DNA from: Trichlorobacter lovleyi SZ
GTDB lineage: Bacteria > Desulfobacterota > Desulfuromonadia > Geobacterales > Pseudopelobacteraceae
DNA length: 32,000 nt
Assembly: GCF_000020385.1 (NCBI RefSeq)
Contig: NC_010814.1
Location: 30,001 to 62,000, forward strand
Direction: 5' to 3'
Shown here: piece after piece, positions 16,084-24,818 of the stretch
Layout of the letters: each line of letters begins with the position of its first letter
Numbering within the stretch: position 1 is the first letter of the stretch
Translations under genes and position numbers: made by a program
The notes under the pieces: generated by a model
The model's database searches: none
What the model was told of the DNA's origin: nothing
Seen by the model: the letters and a program-made list of their open reading frames with translations, nothing else

Positions 16084-18077
16084 TGACCATCTCTCTGAAA
16101 TACCGGATCGCTCTGGTGGTCTTTGTGCTGCAGGTGGCCATCTTTTCTCCGCTGCTCTGGTTTACCTTTACCGCCTACCGGGATGCTGACCTGCAACAAC
16201 TGCAGACTCGTGAAGATGTCTTTATGAGGCTGGTCTCCCAGTTGGGGCGCAAGGCGCTCCTGACGGCCGAGCCGACCGATTTTCAACTGTTTATCGCTCC
16301 GTTCAGCAAAGATTCCCATATCAACCGGATCATTTTGCTGAACCAGTCCGGCATTGTGGTTGCCAGTACCGCGCCCGTGGATCTGGGCGGACCACTGCCG
16401 GTGCAGAAAAATGAACGGAATACCGTCTGGAAGACCAGCGAGATTGCCAATGCCACCGAGCAGCTGGGGGCCATTACGGTTCATTTTTCCCGGGCCGAAC
16501 TGGATAAAAAAGTTGAGGCCCTGGTCAAGCGCGGCATCCCGATTGCCGTGGCCGGTATCATACTGAGCGCCCTGGTGGGGTTGGGACTGGGATCGCTGCT
16601 GACCCGCAGGCTGAAGGCACTTGAGCAGGCCACCCGCCGGATGGGGGCAGGGGATATGGAGGTCACCGTTGCGATCTCGGGCAATGACGAGGTGGCACAC
16701 CTTGCCCAGGTCTTCAACGAGATGTCCGGCAGTCTGCGTTCACAGTTTGATGAACTGCAGCAGGTCCAGCAGGAATTGTCCTTTCAGGCGCAGCATGATC
16801 CCCTGACCGGCCTGCCCAATCGCCTGCTGTTTGACCTGCGCTGCAGCCAGGCCATCGCAACCGCCCGGCAGCACAAGCAGTTGCTGGCGCTGCTGTTCTT
16901 TGATCTGGACCATTTCAAGAACATCAATGACAGCTACGGCCATCAGGTGGGGGATGCGGTATTGCGTTGCGTGGCTGCCCGCCTGACCATGGCCTTGAAA
17001 GACCATAACCTGATCGCCCGTCTGGGTGGGGATGAGTTCTGTGTCCTGATTGAGCAGCTCGAACAGGAACAGGAGGCTGCCGCTGTTGCCGAATCGGTCC
17101 TGCATATGCTGACCGTGCCGCTGGAGTGTGAACAGCATGAATTCTTCCTTTCTGCCAGTATCGGCATCTGCCTTTATCCCCGGGACGGCGATGACGAGGT
17201 CAGGTTGCTGCGCAACGCCGATACGGCCATGTACCGCGCCAAGGCAGCCGGTCGGGGGGGGTACCGCTTCTACTCCCATGAACAGACCTCATCGGTGCAG
17301 GAACGGACTTCACTGGAACAACGTCTGCGCAAGGCGATCGAACGTGGTGAGCTGCGGCTGAACTATCAACCCCAGGTCTGTCTGACCACCGGCAATCTGG
17401 TCGGGGTCGAGGCGTTGGCGCGCTGGTCAAGTCCGGAGTTCGGACTGGTGGCCCCGGAAAAATTCATTCCGATTGCGGAAGAGAGCGGCCAGATCCTGGC
17501 GATGGGTGAGTGGATTCTGGACGATGCCTGCCGCCAGATGCAGAAGTGGCGCAGGGATGGTTCAACCATCCCCCGTGTGGCGGTCAACCTCTCCGCGCTG
17601 CAGATCCAGCGCAGCGATATTGCCACCCTGGTCCGCCGCACCCTGGACAGCACCGGTCTGCCTGCCAACTGTCTGGAGCTGGAGATCACGGAAGGCTATA
17701 TCCTGCAGGATGCTGACCGGGCGGTGGCGGTGCTGCAGCAGCTGCGCGATCTGGGGGTCTCGATTGCCATCGATGACTTCGGCACCGGTTTTTCATCGCT
17801 GTCATACCTGCACCGTCTGCCGATCGACCGGCTCAAGATCGACAAATCCTTTGTACAGGAGATCGGCTCCACCTCACGGGCGGCCCAGGTGGCCCAGGCC
17901 GTGGTCAGCCTGGGCAAGACCCTGGGATTATCCATCATCGGTGAGGGGGTCGAGCAGCTCCACCATGCCAATGCGCTGCGGGAGTGGGGCTGCCATGAAG
18001 GCCAGGGTTTCCTGTACGCCCCCGCCCTTGCCCCGGATCAGCTGCACCTGCTGGCACCGTTCAAGAGGCTGCCATGA
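16080..18077 (+). CDS. Membrane sensor with periplasmic domain, HAMP, GGDEF and EAL domains
   Basis: Two TM segments flank a ~125-aa loop. The HAMP reads [24 protein letters not shown] features: [19 protein letters not shown] and [13 protein letters not shown] features: EALARW, the DDFGTG motif, QGFLYAPAL. Confidence 0.9.
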
Positions 18078-18514
18078 AGGCGGTCATTCAGCGGGTCAGC
18101 AGCGCACAGGTTGCGGTGCATGGTGAGCTGGTCGGGCAGATCGGCCGGGGGATCATGGTACTGCTGGGGGTGGAAAAGGGGGATAGTGAGGCGGCGGCAG
18201 ACTGGCTGGCTGAGAAGATCGTCGGGCTGCGGATCTTTGAGGATGAGGCCGGTAAGATGAACCGCGCTTTAACGGATATTGGCGGAGCGGTGCTGGCGGT
18301 CTCCCAGTTCACCCTGGCCGGCAACTGTGACAAGGGACGGCGCCCCTCCTTTGATACTGCTGCCCCGGCTGATGAAGGCAAGCGGCTGTACGACCATTTT
18401 GTCGGGGCCCTGAAGCGTCAGGGCGTACCGGTTCAGACCGGCATCTTTCAGGCAGACATGCAGGTGGCGCTGGTCAACGACGGGCCGGTCACCTTTATTC
18501 TGGAGCGGAGGTAG
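18074..18514 (+). CDS. dtd: D-aminoacyl-tRNA deacylase
   Basis: [15 protein letters not shown]...VLLGVEKGD...SQFTL...KG.RPSF are classic Dtd motifs. ATGA overlap with the upstream gene. Confidence 0.93.
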
Positions 18515-18519
18515 CAAGG

Positions 18520-18804
18520 ATGCAGCTTGGTAGTCTCAAGGCCGCGGCAACCAGCGGTGGTTTCTGGATGGCCTGGCTGCTGCTGGCAGCAGCGCTGTTG
18601 ATACCGGCCCCCACTGCCAGTTTTTGTCTGGCTTTTCTGGCTGTTACCTGCGCAGTTTTTCCGCTGGCATTCGGCTCCCGGACACAACGTATTGGTGCTG
18701 TTGCGGCAGTTGTACTCAGCATCCTGCTGGTCTTCTCACTGGCGGATAAAGCCAAAAATGATCCCTGGTTCAAAAAGCACCGCAGCACAACCTCACCTGC
18801 CTGA
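18520..18804 (+). CDS. Small membrane protein (hypothetical)
   Basis: GGAGG about 9 nt upstream. Two to three hydrophobic segments. No family recognised. Confidence 0.45.
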   Translation: MQLGSLKAAATSGGFWMAWLLLAAALLIPAPTASFCLAFLAVTCAVFPLAFGSRTQRIGAVAAVVLSILLVFSLADKAKNDPWFKKHRSTTSPA

Positions 18805-18990
18805 ACAGATCCCCCAACCTGCCACATACATCCAGCGTTGCAGCTATAGGCACAAATTGCACAAAAAACCAGTTGTCAGCCGTCATTATTCAGCGCACTA
18901 CCTCATATAACCTCTTAATACCTATACATTATGCCTTTGGGTGGTATATTGGCATAAGCTATAACGATTCATGAAAAGAGGTCTGAAACC

Positions 18991-19605
18991 ATGCTGCTGC
19001 CAACCTGCCGCTTCCTGATCATTGTTTCCTGCTGCCTGACCATCCTGGCCGGTAGTGCCTGGGCAAATGCTCCTGCAGCAGCCACAAAACATGTTGCCGA
19101 TCAGCCGATAGTTATTCGTTCCTCTGAGCATCTCTACAATCTACCCGGCCTGGGTAATGTGGGGCGGGTAGCCCCTGGTGTCTATCGCGGTGAACAACCG
19201 GGGGCTGCGGGTTATGCAACCCTGAAGCGCCTGGGGATCAAAACCGTCATTGACCTGCGTACTTCAGAAAGCGAGAAGACGCAGGTTGAAGCAGCCGGCA
19301 TGAAGGCGATTGCCGTGCCGATTGAAATGACCCGCAAGGGATTGCGGCAGAAGGTGGATCAGGTGGTTGCCCTGATGGCCGATCCTGCCAACCAACCGGT
19401 CTATGTCCACTGCCGACACGGGCAGGATCGCACCGGTATTGTGGTGGCTGCCTACCGGATGACGCAGGACAACTGGAGTCTGAAAGATGTTGAAGCAGAG
19501 ATGCAGTCCTTCGGGTTTAACGATGTCTGGACAAACTTCAAGGCGTTTATCCGCACGTACACGCCGCAGAGCAACACTCTGTCGCCTGCAGGCAGTAGCC
19601 GTTAA
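18991..19605 (+). CDS. Exported Cys-based (CX5R) tyrosine/dual-specificity phosphatase-like protein
   Basis: Signal peptide ending AWA/N. P-loop signature VHCRHGQDRTG (HCX5R[ST]). Confidence 0.75.
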   Translation: MLLPTCRFLIIVSCCLTILAGSAWANAPAAATKHVADQPIVIRSSEHLYNLPGLGNVGRVAPGVYRGEQPGAAGYATLKRLGIKTVIDLRTSESEKTQVEAAGMKAIAVPIEMTRKGLRQKVDQVVALMADPANQPVYVHCRHGQDRTGIVVAAYRMTQDNWSLKDVEAEMQSFGFNDVWTNFKAFIRTYTPQSNTLSPAGSSR

Positions 19606-19623
19606 ACACATGCGGACTAAAGG

Positions 19624-20739
19624 CTAATTCCCGAACAGATCCAGATTTTTCAGGTTTGCAAAGGGCTGGTTGCCGAAACTCTCCCGGGCCGGTTTCGGTT
19701 TATCCTTTTCAGCAGGTGCAGGCGCTTGCGGTGCCGCCTCTGCCAGCGGTTCAGACAGGGCAATCATCTCCTGCTCACTCTCATCTTCCATGCCGTTGCC
19801 GGTAAAGAAGTAGAGGTTATAGAGCCGATGGTGGCTGGTCCAGCGGTTGCCCTGGGCCGTTTCCCTGGCAATGTGGGAGCGGATGCCGTTGATCTTGGAA
19901 TCCATGTCGTCCAGGTAATGCAGGATAGTGGCCTCCACCGTCTTGGGCCGTTTGGGCGAGCCGTATTCATACTGGCCGTGGTGTGACAGCAGCAGATGCT
20001 TCAGCAGCATGGCCAGCTCACGGGGGAAGCCGGGGACGGTGGCGATCCGCTCGGTCAGCATCTCCACACCGATGCTGATATGTCCGATCAGGCGCCCTTC
20101 GTCGGTATATTCAAAGGCGCGGTCATAGGACAGTTCGGCCACCTTGCCCAGGTCATGCAGCAGGGCACCCACCACCAGCAGGTCACGGTTCAGATCAGGG
20201 TAGAGCGGTACTATGGCATCCACCAGCCGCACCACCGACAGGGAGTGTTCCAGCAGCCCGCCGATATAGACATGGTGCATCCCCTTGGCTGCCGGGGCCT
20301 TGCAGTAGCCGGCCATGAACTCCGCATCTCCGCAAAAACCTTCCATCAAGGCCTTCAGATAGGGGTTGGACAGCGATGCCACCACCTGTGCCAGCTCGGC
20401 CCGCATCTCGGCCTGGGGTACCGGTGAGACCGGCACAAAATCCGCCAGATCAACCCCCTCTTCTTCCAGCCGTTTGATCTCTTTGGCCACCAGTTGCATC
20501 TTGCCCATGTAGAGCGAGGCGGTGCCGCGAATCCTGACAAAATCACCCTTCTGAAAGGTCTTGTCCAGCTCATCCACGTTGTCCCACAGCTTGCCGTCAA
20601 TCTCGCCGCTCTTGTCCATGAACTTCAGGTTCATGTACGGCTTGCCGTTCTTTGCCATGGCCATGGTCTTTTCCTTGACCATGAACGGGGAATCAACGAC
20701 ATCTCTATCTTTCAGATCTGCAATAAACTGTTTGGGCAT
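19624..20739 (-). CDS. OB-fold + HD domain 3'-5' exoribonuclease, YhaM-like
   Basis: N-terminal OB region (FMVKEK.....NGKPYMNLKF.DKSGEIDGKLWD). HD region: GMHHVYIGGLLEHS...ALLHDLGK. AGGAAGGA RBS. Confidence 0.8.
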   Translation of the reverse strand: MPKQFIADLKDRDVVDSPFMVKEKTMAMAKNGKPYMNLKFMDKSGEIDGKLWDNVDELDKTFQKGDFVRIRGTASLYMGKMQLVAKEIKRLEEEGVDLADFVPVSPVPQAEMRAELAQVVASLSNPYLKALMEGFCGDAEFMAGYCKAPAAKGMHHVYIGGLLEHSLSVVRLVDAIVPLYPDLNRDLLVVGALLHDLGKVAELSYDRAFEYTDEGRLIGHISIGVEMLTERIATVPGFPRELAMLLKHLLLSHHGQYEYGSPKRPKTVEATILHYLDDMDSKINGIRSHIARETAQGNRWTSHHRLYNLYFFTGNGMEDESEQEMIALSEPLAEAAPQAPAPAEKDKPKPARESFGNQPFANLKNLDLFGN

Positions 20740-20924
20740 GGGATTCCTTCCTGATGGTGCGAAGCATTCAAACCTACCAGAAAGGAAGTAGCCGGAAACA
20801 ACAGATTTTGCAACACCCTAGAGGGACCGGCAGCAGATTTCCAACGGGATGGTACAAAACTTTACACACGTAACCGTGCAGAACGATTATACTGACAGCA
20901 GTTTGCGATAAGGCGGGTGCGTGG

Positions 20925-21632
20925 ATGGAAAACAGAATACTGGTAATAGATGATGACCGGGAATTGTGTGGTCTGCTGGAGGAATATCTGGTTGCCGAGG
21001 GGTTTGCGGTGGAGTCGGTCCATACCGGGCCCCAGGGAGCGGAACAGGGCTCGCAGGGCAACTATGCCCTGATTGTGCTGGATGTGATGCTGCCCGGCCT
21101 GAACGGTTTTGACGTGCTGCGGCGGATACGGGGAGAATCGTCGGTGCCGGTGGTGATGTTGACCGCCCGCGGGGAAGAGGTGGACCGGATTGTGGGGCTT
21201 GAGATGGGGGCTGACGACTATCTGCCCAAGCCGTTCAACCCGCGGGAGCTGGTGGCCCGCATCAGGGCGATCCAGCGGCGTCAGTCGACTGCCCAGAAGG
21301 ACGGTACCGCAGCCGAGGCGGTGCTGGTGGTGGGGGATCTGGTGCTGGATCCGGGCCGGAGGACCGTGCTGCAGGGTGAGCGCTCCGTGGTACTGACATC
21401 GATTGAATTTTCGGTGCTGGAGCTGCTGCTGGCGCAGGCCGGGCGGGTCATCAGCCGGGATGATATCTGCAGCCAGGCCCTGGGGCGCCAACTCAATTCA
21501 TTTGACCGCAGCATTGACGTACATGTCAGCAGCCTGCGCCGCAAGCTGGGACCGGCCGGGGACGGCAGTGAACGGATCAAGAGCGTGCGGGGGATCGGCT
21601 ATATCTATCTGCGCCCGGCCGGATCTCCATGA
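20925..21632 (+). CDS. OmpR/CpxR-family response regulator
   Basis: Receiver domain (ILVIDDD, LIVLDVMLPGLNGF, the LTARG segment, KPF). Winged-helix C-terminus (LT..EF..LELL, the VRGIGY motif). Confidence 0.9.
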   Translation: MENRILVIDDDRELCGLLEEYLVAEGFAVESVHTGPQGAEQGSQGNYALIVLDVMLPGLNGFDVLRRIRGESSVPVVMLTARGEEVDRIVGLEMGADDYLPKPFNPRELVARIRAIQRRQSTAQKDGTAAEAVLVVGDLVLDPGRRTVLQGERSVVLTSIEFSVLELLLAQAGRVISRDDICSQALGRQLNSFDRSIDVHVSSLRRKLGPAGDGSERIKSVRGIGYIYLRPAGSP

Positions 21633-22798
21633 GAACCCTGTTTTTCAAGCTGTTCGTTGCCTTTCTGCTGGCCATGAGTATCTCCGGTGCCGTCTTCTTT
21701 TCGCTGGCCTTCTGGGCCAGAAGCCAGCAGCAGGAACATCATCCGACATTGAGCGCCGATCAGCTCAGGCATGAGCTGAAGCCGCTGCTGCAGCCGTTGC
21801 CGCCCAAACATGGGCCGGATGGCATGGGGCCACCGCCGCCCCTGGCAGGGCATCCGCCGCCGCCGCCGTTTTTTATGCTGCTGGGTTTTCAGGTGGGGAT
21901 CTTCCTGGTGGTGGGGGGCTGTATCTGCTATCTGCTGGCCTGGCGGATCACCGCGCCGGTGCGGCGTCTGCGGCAGGCCGTGCAGCAACTGGCTGATGGT
22001 AACCTGCAGGCGCGGACCGGGATAGCAACCGGCCGCCGTGGCGATGAGATTACCGACCTGGGCAGCGATTTCGACCGGATGGCAGAGCGGATTGAGGCAC
22101 TGGTGCTGTCCCAGAGGCAGCTGGTGCGGGACATCTCCCACGAGCTGCGTTCTCCCCTGGCCCGCCTGCAGGTGGCACTGGGGCTGGCCCGCCGCAATGC
22201 ACCGCCCCGGACAGAGCAGGCCCTGGACCGGATTGAACGGGAAGGTGAGCGGCTGAATGAACTGATCGGTGAGTTGCTGACCCTGAGCCTGCTGGAAAAC
22301 GGTGCCTCGTTTAGTGCCAGCGAGCCGGTTGAGATGCAGGCCCTGCTGGCCGAGATCGTGGAGGATGCCAGTTTCGAAGCGGCAGAATCAAGCCGCCGGG
22401 TCCAGTTGACAGCAGTACCGGCCCTGGTGGCTGGAAACCGTGAGCTGCTGCGCCGGGCGCTGGAGAATGTGGTTCGTAATGCGCTGCATTACACCGCTGA
22501 AGAGAGCTGTGTGCAGGTGGCGTCCGGCCTGGAAAACAGTACCCTGGTGATCAGGGTACTGGATCAGGGGCCGGGTGTGCCGGATGAGATGCTTTCGGCC
22601 ATCTTCCAGCCGTTTTACCGGGTGGCTGAGGCCCGCGACCGGCTCAGCGGCGGCACCGGGATCGGGCTGGCCATTACCGCCCGGGCCGTGGCACTGCACG
22701 GGGGGAGCGTCAAGGCCGTCAACCGGCCGGAAGCGGGGCTTGAGGTGGAGATCAGGCTGCCGGTCATGCCGTTGGAAAAAAAGACGGCTTCGTGCTAG
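21629..22798 (+). CDS. HAMP sensor histidine kinase (CpxA/EnvZ-like)
   Basis: ATGA overlap with the regulator gene. Two TM segments, HAMP, H-box ISHELRSPL, N-box VRNALHYT, G-boxes DQGPGV and GTGIGLAI. Confidence 0.9.
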   Translation: MRTLFFKLFVAFLLAMSISGAVFFSLAFWARSQQQEHHPTLSADQLRHELKPLLQPLPPKHGPDGMGPPPPLAGHPPPPPFFMLLGFQVGIFLVVGGCICYLLAWRITAPVRRLRQAVQQLADGNLQARTGIATGRRGDEITDLGSDFDRMAERIEALVLSQRQLVRDISHELRSPLARLQVALGLARRNAPPRTEQALDRIEREGERLNELIGELLTLSLLENGASFSASEPVEMQALLAEIVEDASFEAAESSRRVQLTAVPALVAGNRELLRRALENVVRNALHYTAEESCVQVASGLENSTLVIRVLDQGPGVPDEMLSAIFQPFYRVAEARDRLSGGTGIGLAITARAVALHGGSVKAVNRPEAGLEVEIRLPVMPLEKKTASC

Positions 22799-22802
22799 CG
22801 CA

Positions 22803-23312
22803 CTATTTGGTGATGCAGCTATAGAACTCAGGTTCACCAATCACAATCCGCCTGGCCGTGTCATGGTTGATCCGCAGCTCGCTCTGCACAAAAATTTTCT
22901 TACTGCCGCCGGTTTCAAAATCTACGTCAACGGTCTCACCCGGTGCAACCGTCACTGATTTCAGCAGCTCTCCATTACGGTCGTTATTTTTGAAGGAAAA
23001 CTCCATGGGGGCCTTAACCCCGTCATCAATGTAGATTTTAGCGCGGAATTTGGCAAAAGAACCGGTTGCCTTCATGGTGCCGCCAAAATAGGCCATGCTC
23101 TGCGGTTTGGGGTTGGTGACGCCCCAGCGATAGCCGTGCAGAATGGTTTTGTCGCTGGTTACGGCACTGCCGTAGTAGTCCTGGTAGAGTTTGCCCGATT
23201 TGATTGGCAGTGTGCGGGTCTTGGTGCAGCCGCCCTCCTCGGCAACAGCACTGACAGCGCCCATCAGCAGACAGCAGGCGAGCATCACAACTGTTTGCAG
23301 CAGCTTTTTCAT
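22803..23312 (-). CDS. Exported beta-sandwich-like protein (tentatively NPCBM-like), hypothetical
   Basis: Start at MKKLLQTVVMLACCLLMGAVSAVA (signal peptide; GGGGAAAAAGG upstream). The F.KFRAKIYIDDG...FSF......G.LL.S..V.PGE...VD pattern is reminiscent of NPCBM-type modules. That functional call is weak. Confidence 0.6.
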   Translation of the reverse strand: MKKLLQTVVMLACCLLMGAVSAVAEEGGCTKTRTLPIKSGKLYQDYYGSAVTSDKTILHGYRWGVTNPKPQSMAYFGGTMKATGSFAKFRAKIYIDDGVKAPMEFSFKNNDRNGELLKSVTVAPGETVDVDFETGGSKKIFVQSELRINHDTARRIVIGEPEFYSCITK

Positions 23313-23393
23313 ACCTTTTTCCCCCTTTGTGCAAGACTGGCTACGCCTCAAGTCTACCAAAGGAAACGGATTTGGCAACGGCAGCAGCTCCGG

Positions 23394-24749
23394 TCAGGCT
23401 GCCGGTCTGTGCACGAGCTGTATCTCTCGCCAGCGGCCCGTCCTGAAACGCAGTACCCAGACCACCGCCGTACAAAATACAAAGCCTGTTGCCAGGGCCC
23501 ATTCGGCCACCAGGTCGGGCATGGAGCGGTCAATCAGCCAGAGCAGGGTCACAAAGATACCTGAGGCGATGGCAAAGGTGCGGGCGATCCAGCGGGTCTC
23601 CCCTGCCGAGGCCAGCACACAGCCGATCATGACATTGGCCGCATCAAAGACACAGTAGACGGCTACAAACTTCATCAACAGCACGCCGGTTGCGATAATT
23701 CCGGCAGATTCCGGGCTGGTACCGGCAAAGATCGAGAACAGCGGCCCGGCTGCCGTGGCAAACAGCGTTGCCATCAGCAGCATCCAGATCTCACAGACCG
23801 CCAGTGATTGCCAGGCGATCGCCGGCACCTCATCATCCCGGCCTGCCCCGCGGGCGTGTCCCACCAGGATGCCGGCCGCCTGCCCCAGCCCCAGGGCCGG
23901 AAAGAAGGCGATGCCGTTAATCCGGAAGGCGATGCTTGATGCTGCCAGTTCGACCGTGCCAAGCCGTCCCACCACCACCAGAAACAGGGTCCAGGCAGCC
24001 AGTTCACCACTGATCCGCAGTCCCATCGGCGCCGCCAGCGACAAAAAGCGCCGGAACTCGACCCGGTTCAGGCAGCGGGCAGCCTGATTGCTGAAACCGC
24101 CTGCCCGCGCAAACAGCAAGGCATACAGCAGGGCCGCCACCAATTGGGCACTTACGGTTGCCAGGGCGGCACCGGCGATCCCCATCCGGGGCAGACCCCA
24201 TTCACCCAGCACCAGCCCCCAGGCCAGCAGGGCGTTGATGATCAGGGAGCTGAAGGTCACGGCAGTCACCAGTGCCGGGCGTCCGATCCCTGAAAGCCAA
24301 CCGGCCAGGGAGCTGCCAAAGACCGGAAAGAGTGAACCGGCCATGCAGATCCAGAAATAGGTCTGCTCATCCCGGGCCACCTGCGGTGCATGACCGGCCA
24401 GCAGGAATAGCTGCGCCAGCGGCCAGGCAACCAGCAGGGCTGCCAGACCGGCTGCCAGGGCGGTGTAGATGCCAAGCCAGGCGGATGCGATGACCCCTTG
24501 CCGGTTACCGCGTCCGTGGTTGTGGGCCACAAAGGTACCGGCATACCCGGCAGTGCCGAACAGGAAACCCTGAAAAAGGATCACCGCCATGCTTGAGGGG
24601 CCGATTGCGGCGAGTGCCTGACTGGAATCGTAGGACAGCACGATGGTGTCAATGATCTGCATCATCGTGATGGCTGAGGTGGACAGGATCATCGGGCCTG
24701 CCAGTTTCAGCAGGCGGGGGATATGATTAAACCTGAGGCGTTGTTTCAT
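23394..24749 (-). CDS. MATE family efflux transporter
   Basis: 451 aa with about 12 hydrophobic segments. The MATE-like N-terminus reads LLKLAGPMILSTSAITMMQIIDTIVL. Confidence 0.87.
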   Translation of the reverse strand: MKQRLRFNHIPRLLKLAGPMILSTSAITMMQIIDTIVLSYDSSQALAAIGPSSMAVILFQGFLFGTAGYAGTFVAHNHGRGNRQGVIASAWLGIYTALAAGLAALLVAWPLAQLFLLAGHAPQVARDEQTYFWICMAGSLFPVFGSSLAGWLSGIGRPALVTAVTFSSLIINALLAWGLVLGEWGLPRMGIAGAALATVSAQLVAALLYALLFARAGGFSNQAARCLNRVEFRRFLSLAAPMGLRISGELAAWTLFLVVVGRLGTVELAASSIAFRINGIAFFPALGLGQAAGILVGHARGAGRDDEVPAIAWQSLAVCEIWMLLMATLFATAAGPLFSIFAGTSPESAGIIATGVLLMKFVAVYCVFDAANVMIGCVLASAGETRWIARTFAIASGIFVTLLWLIDRSMPDLVAEWALATGFVFCTAVVWVLRFRTGRWREIQLVHRPAA

Positions 24750-24818
24750 AGTCTGTTTTTAGCATGCTCTGCGCACTGCTGTCGAAGCCTTATCTGTCAT
24801 CAATTGGTTCGTGCATCA

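Noticed and set aside
16080-18077. Hypr-type (cGAMP-producing) GGDEF enzyme
   Set aside because: The specificity position reads GHQVGDAVL with the canonical Asp. From memory, Hypr GGDEFs carry Ser there. The architecture also differs (HAMP, not receiver).
18805-18990. GEMM-I / cGAMP riboswitch or sigma54 promoter upstream of the phosphatase gene
   Set aside because: No conserved GEMM core is present. TGGCAT is present but without a correctly spaced TTGC element.
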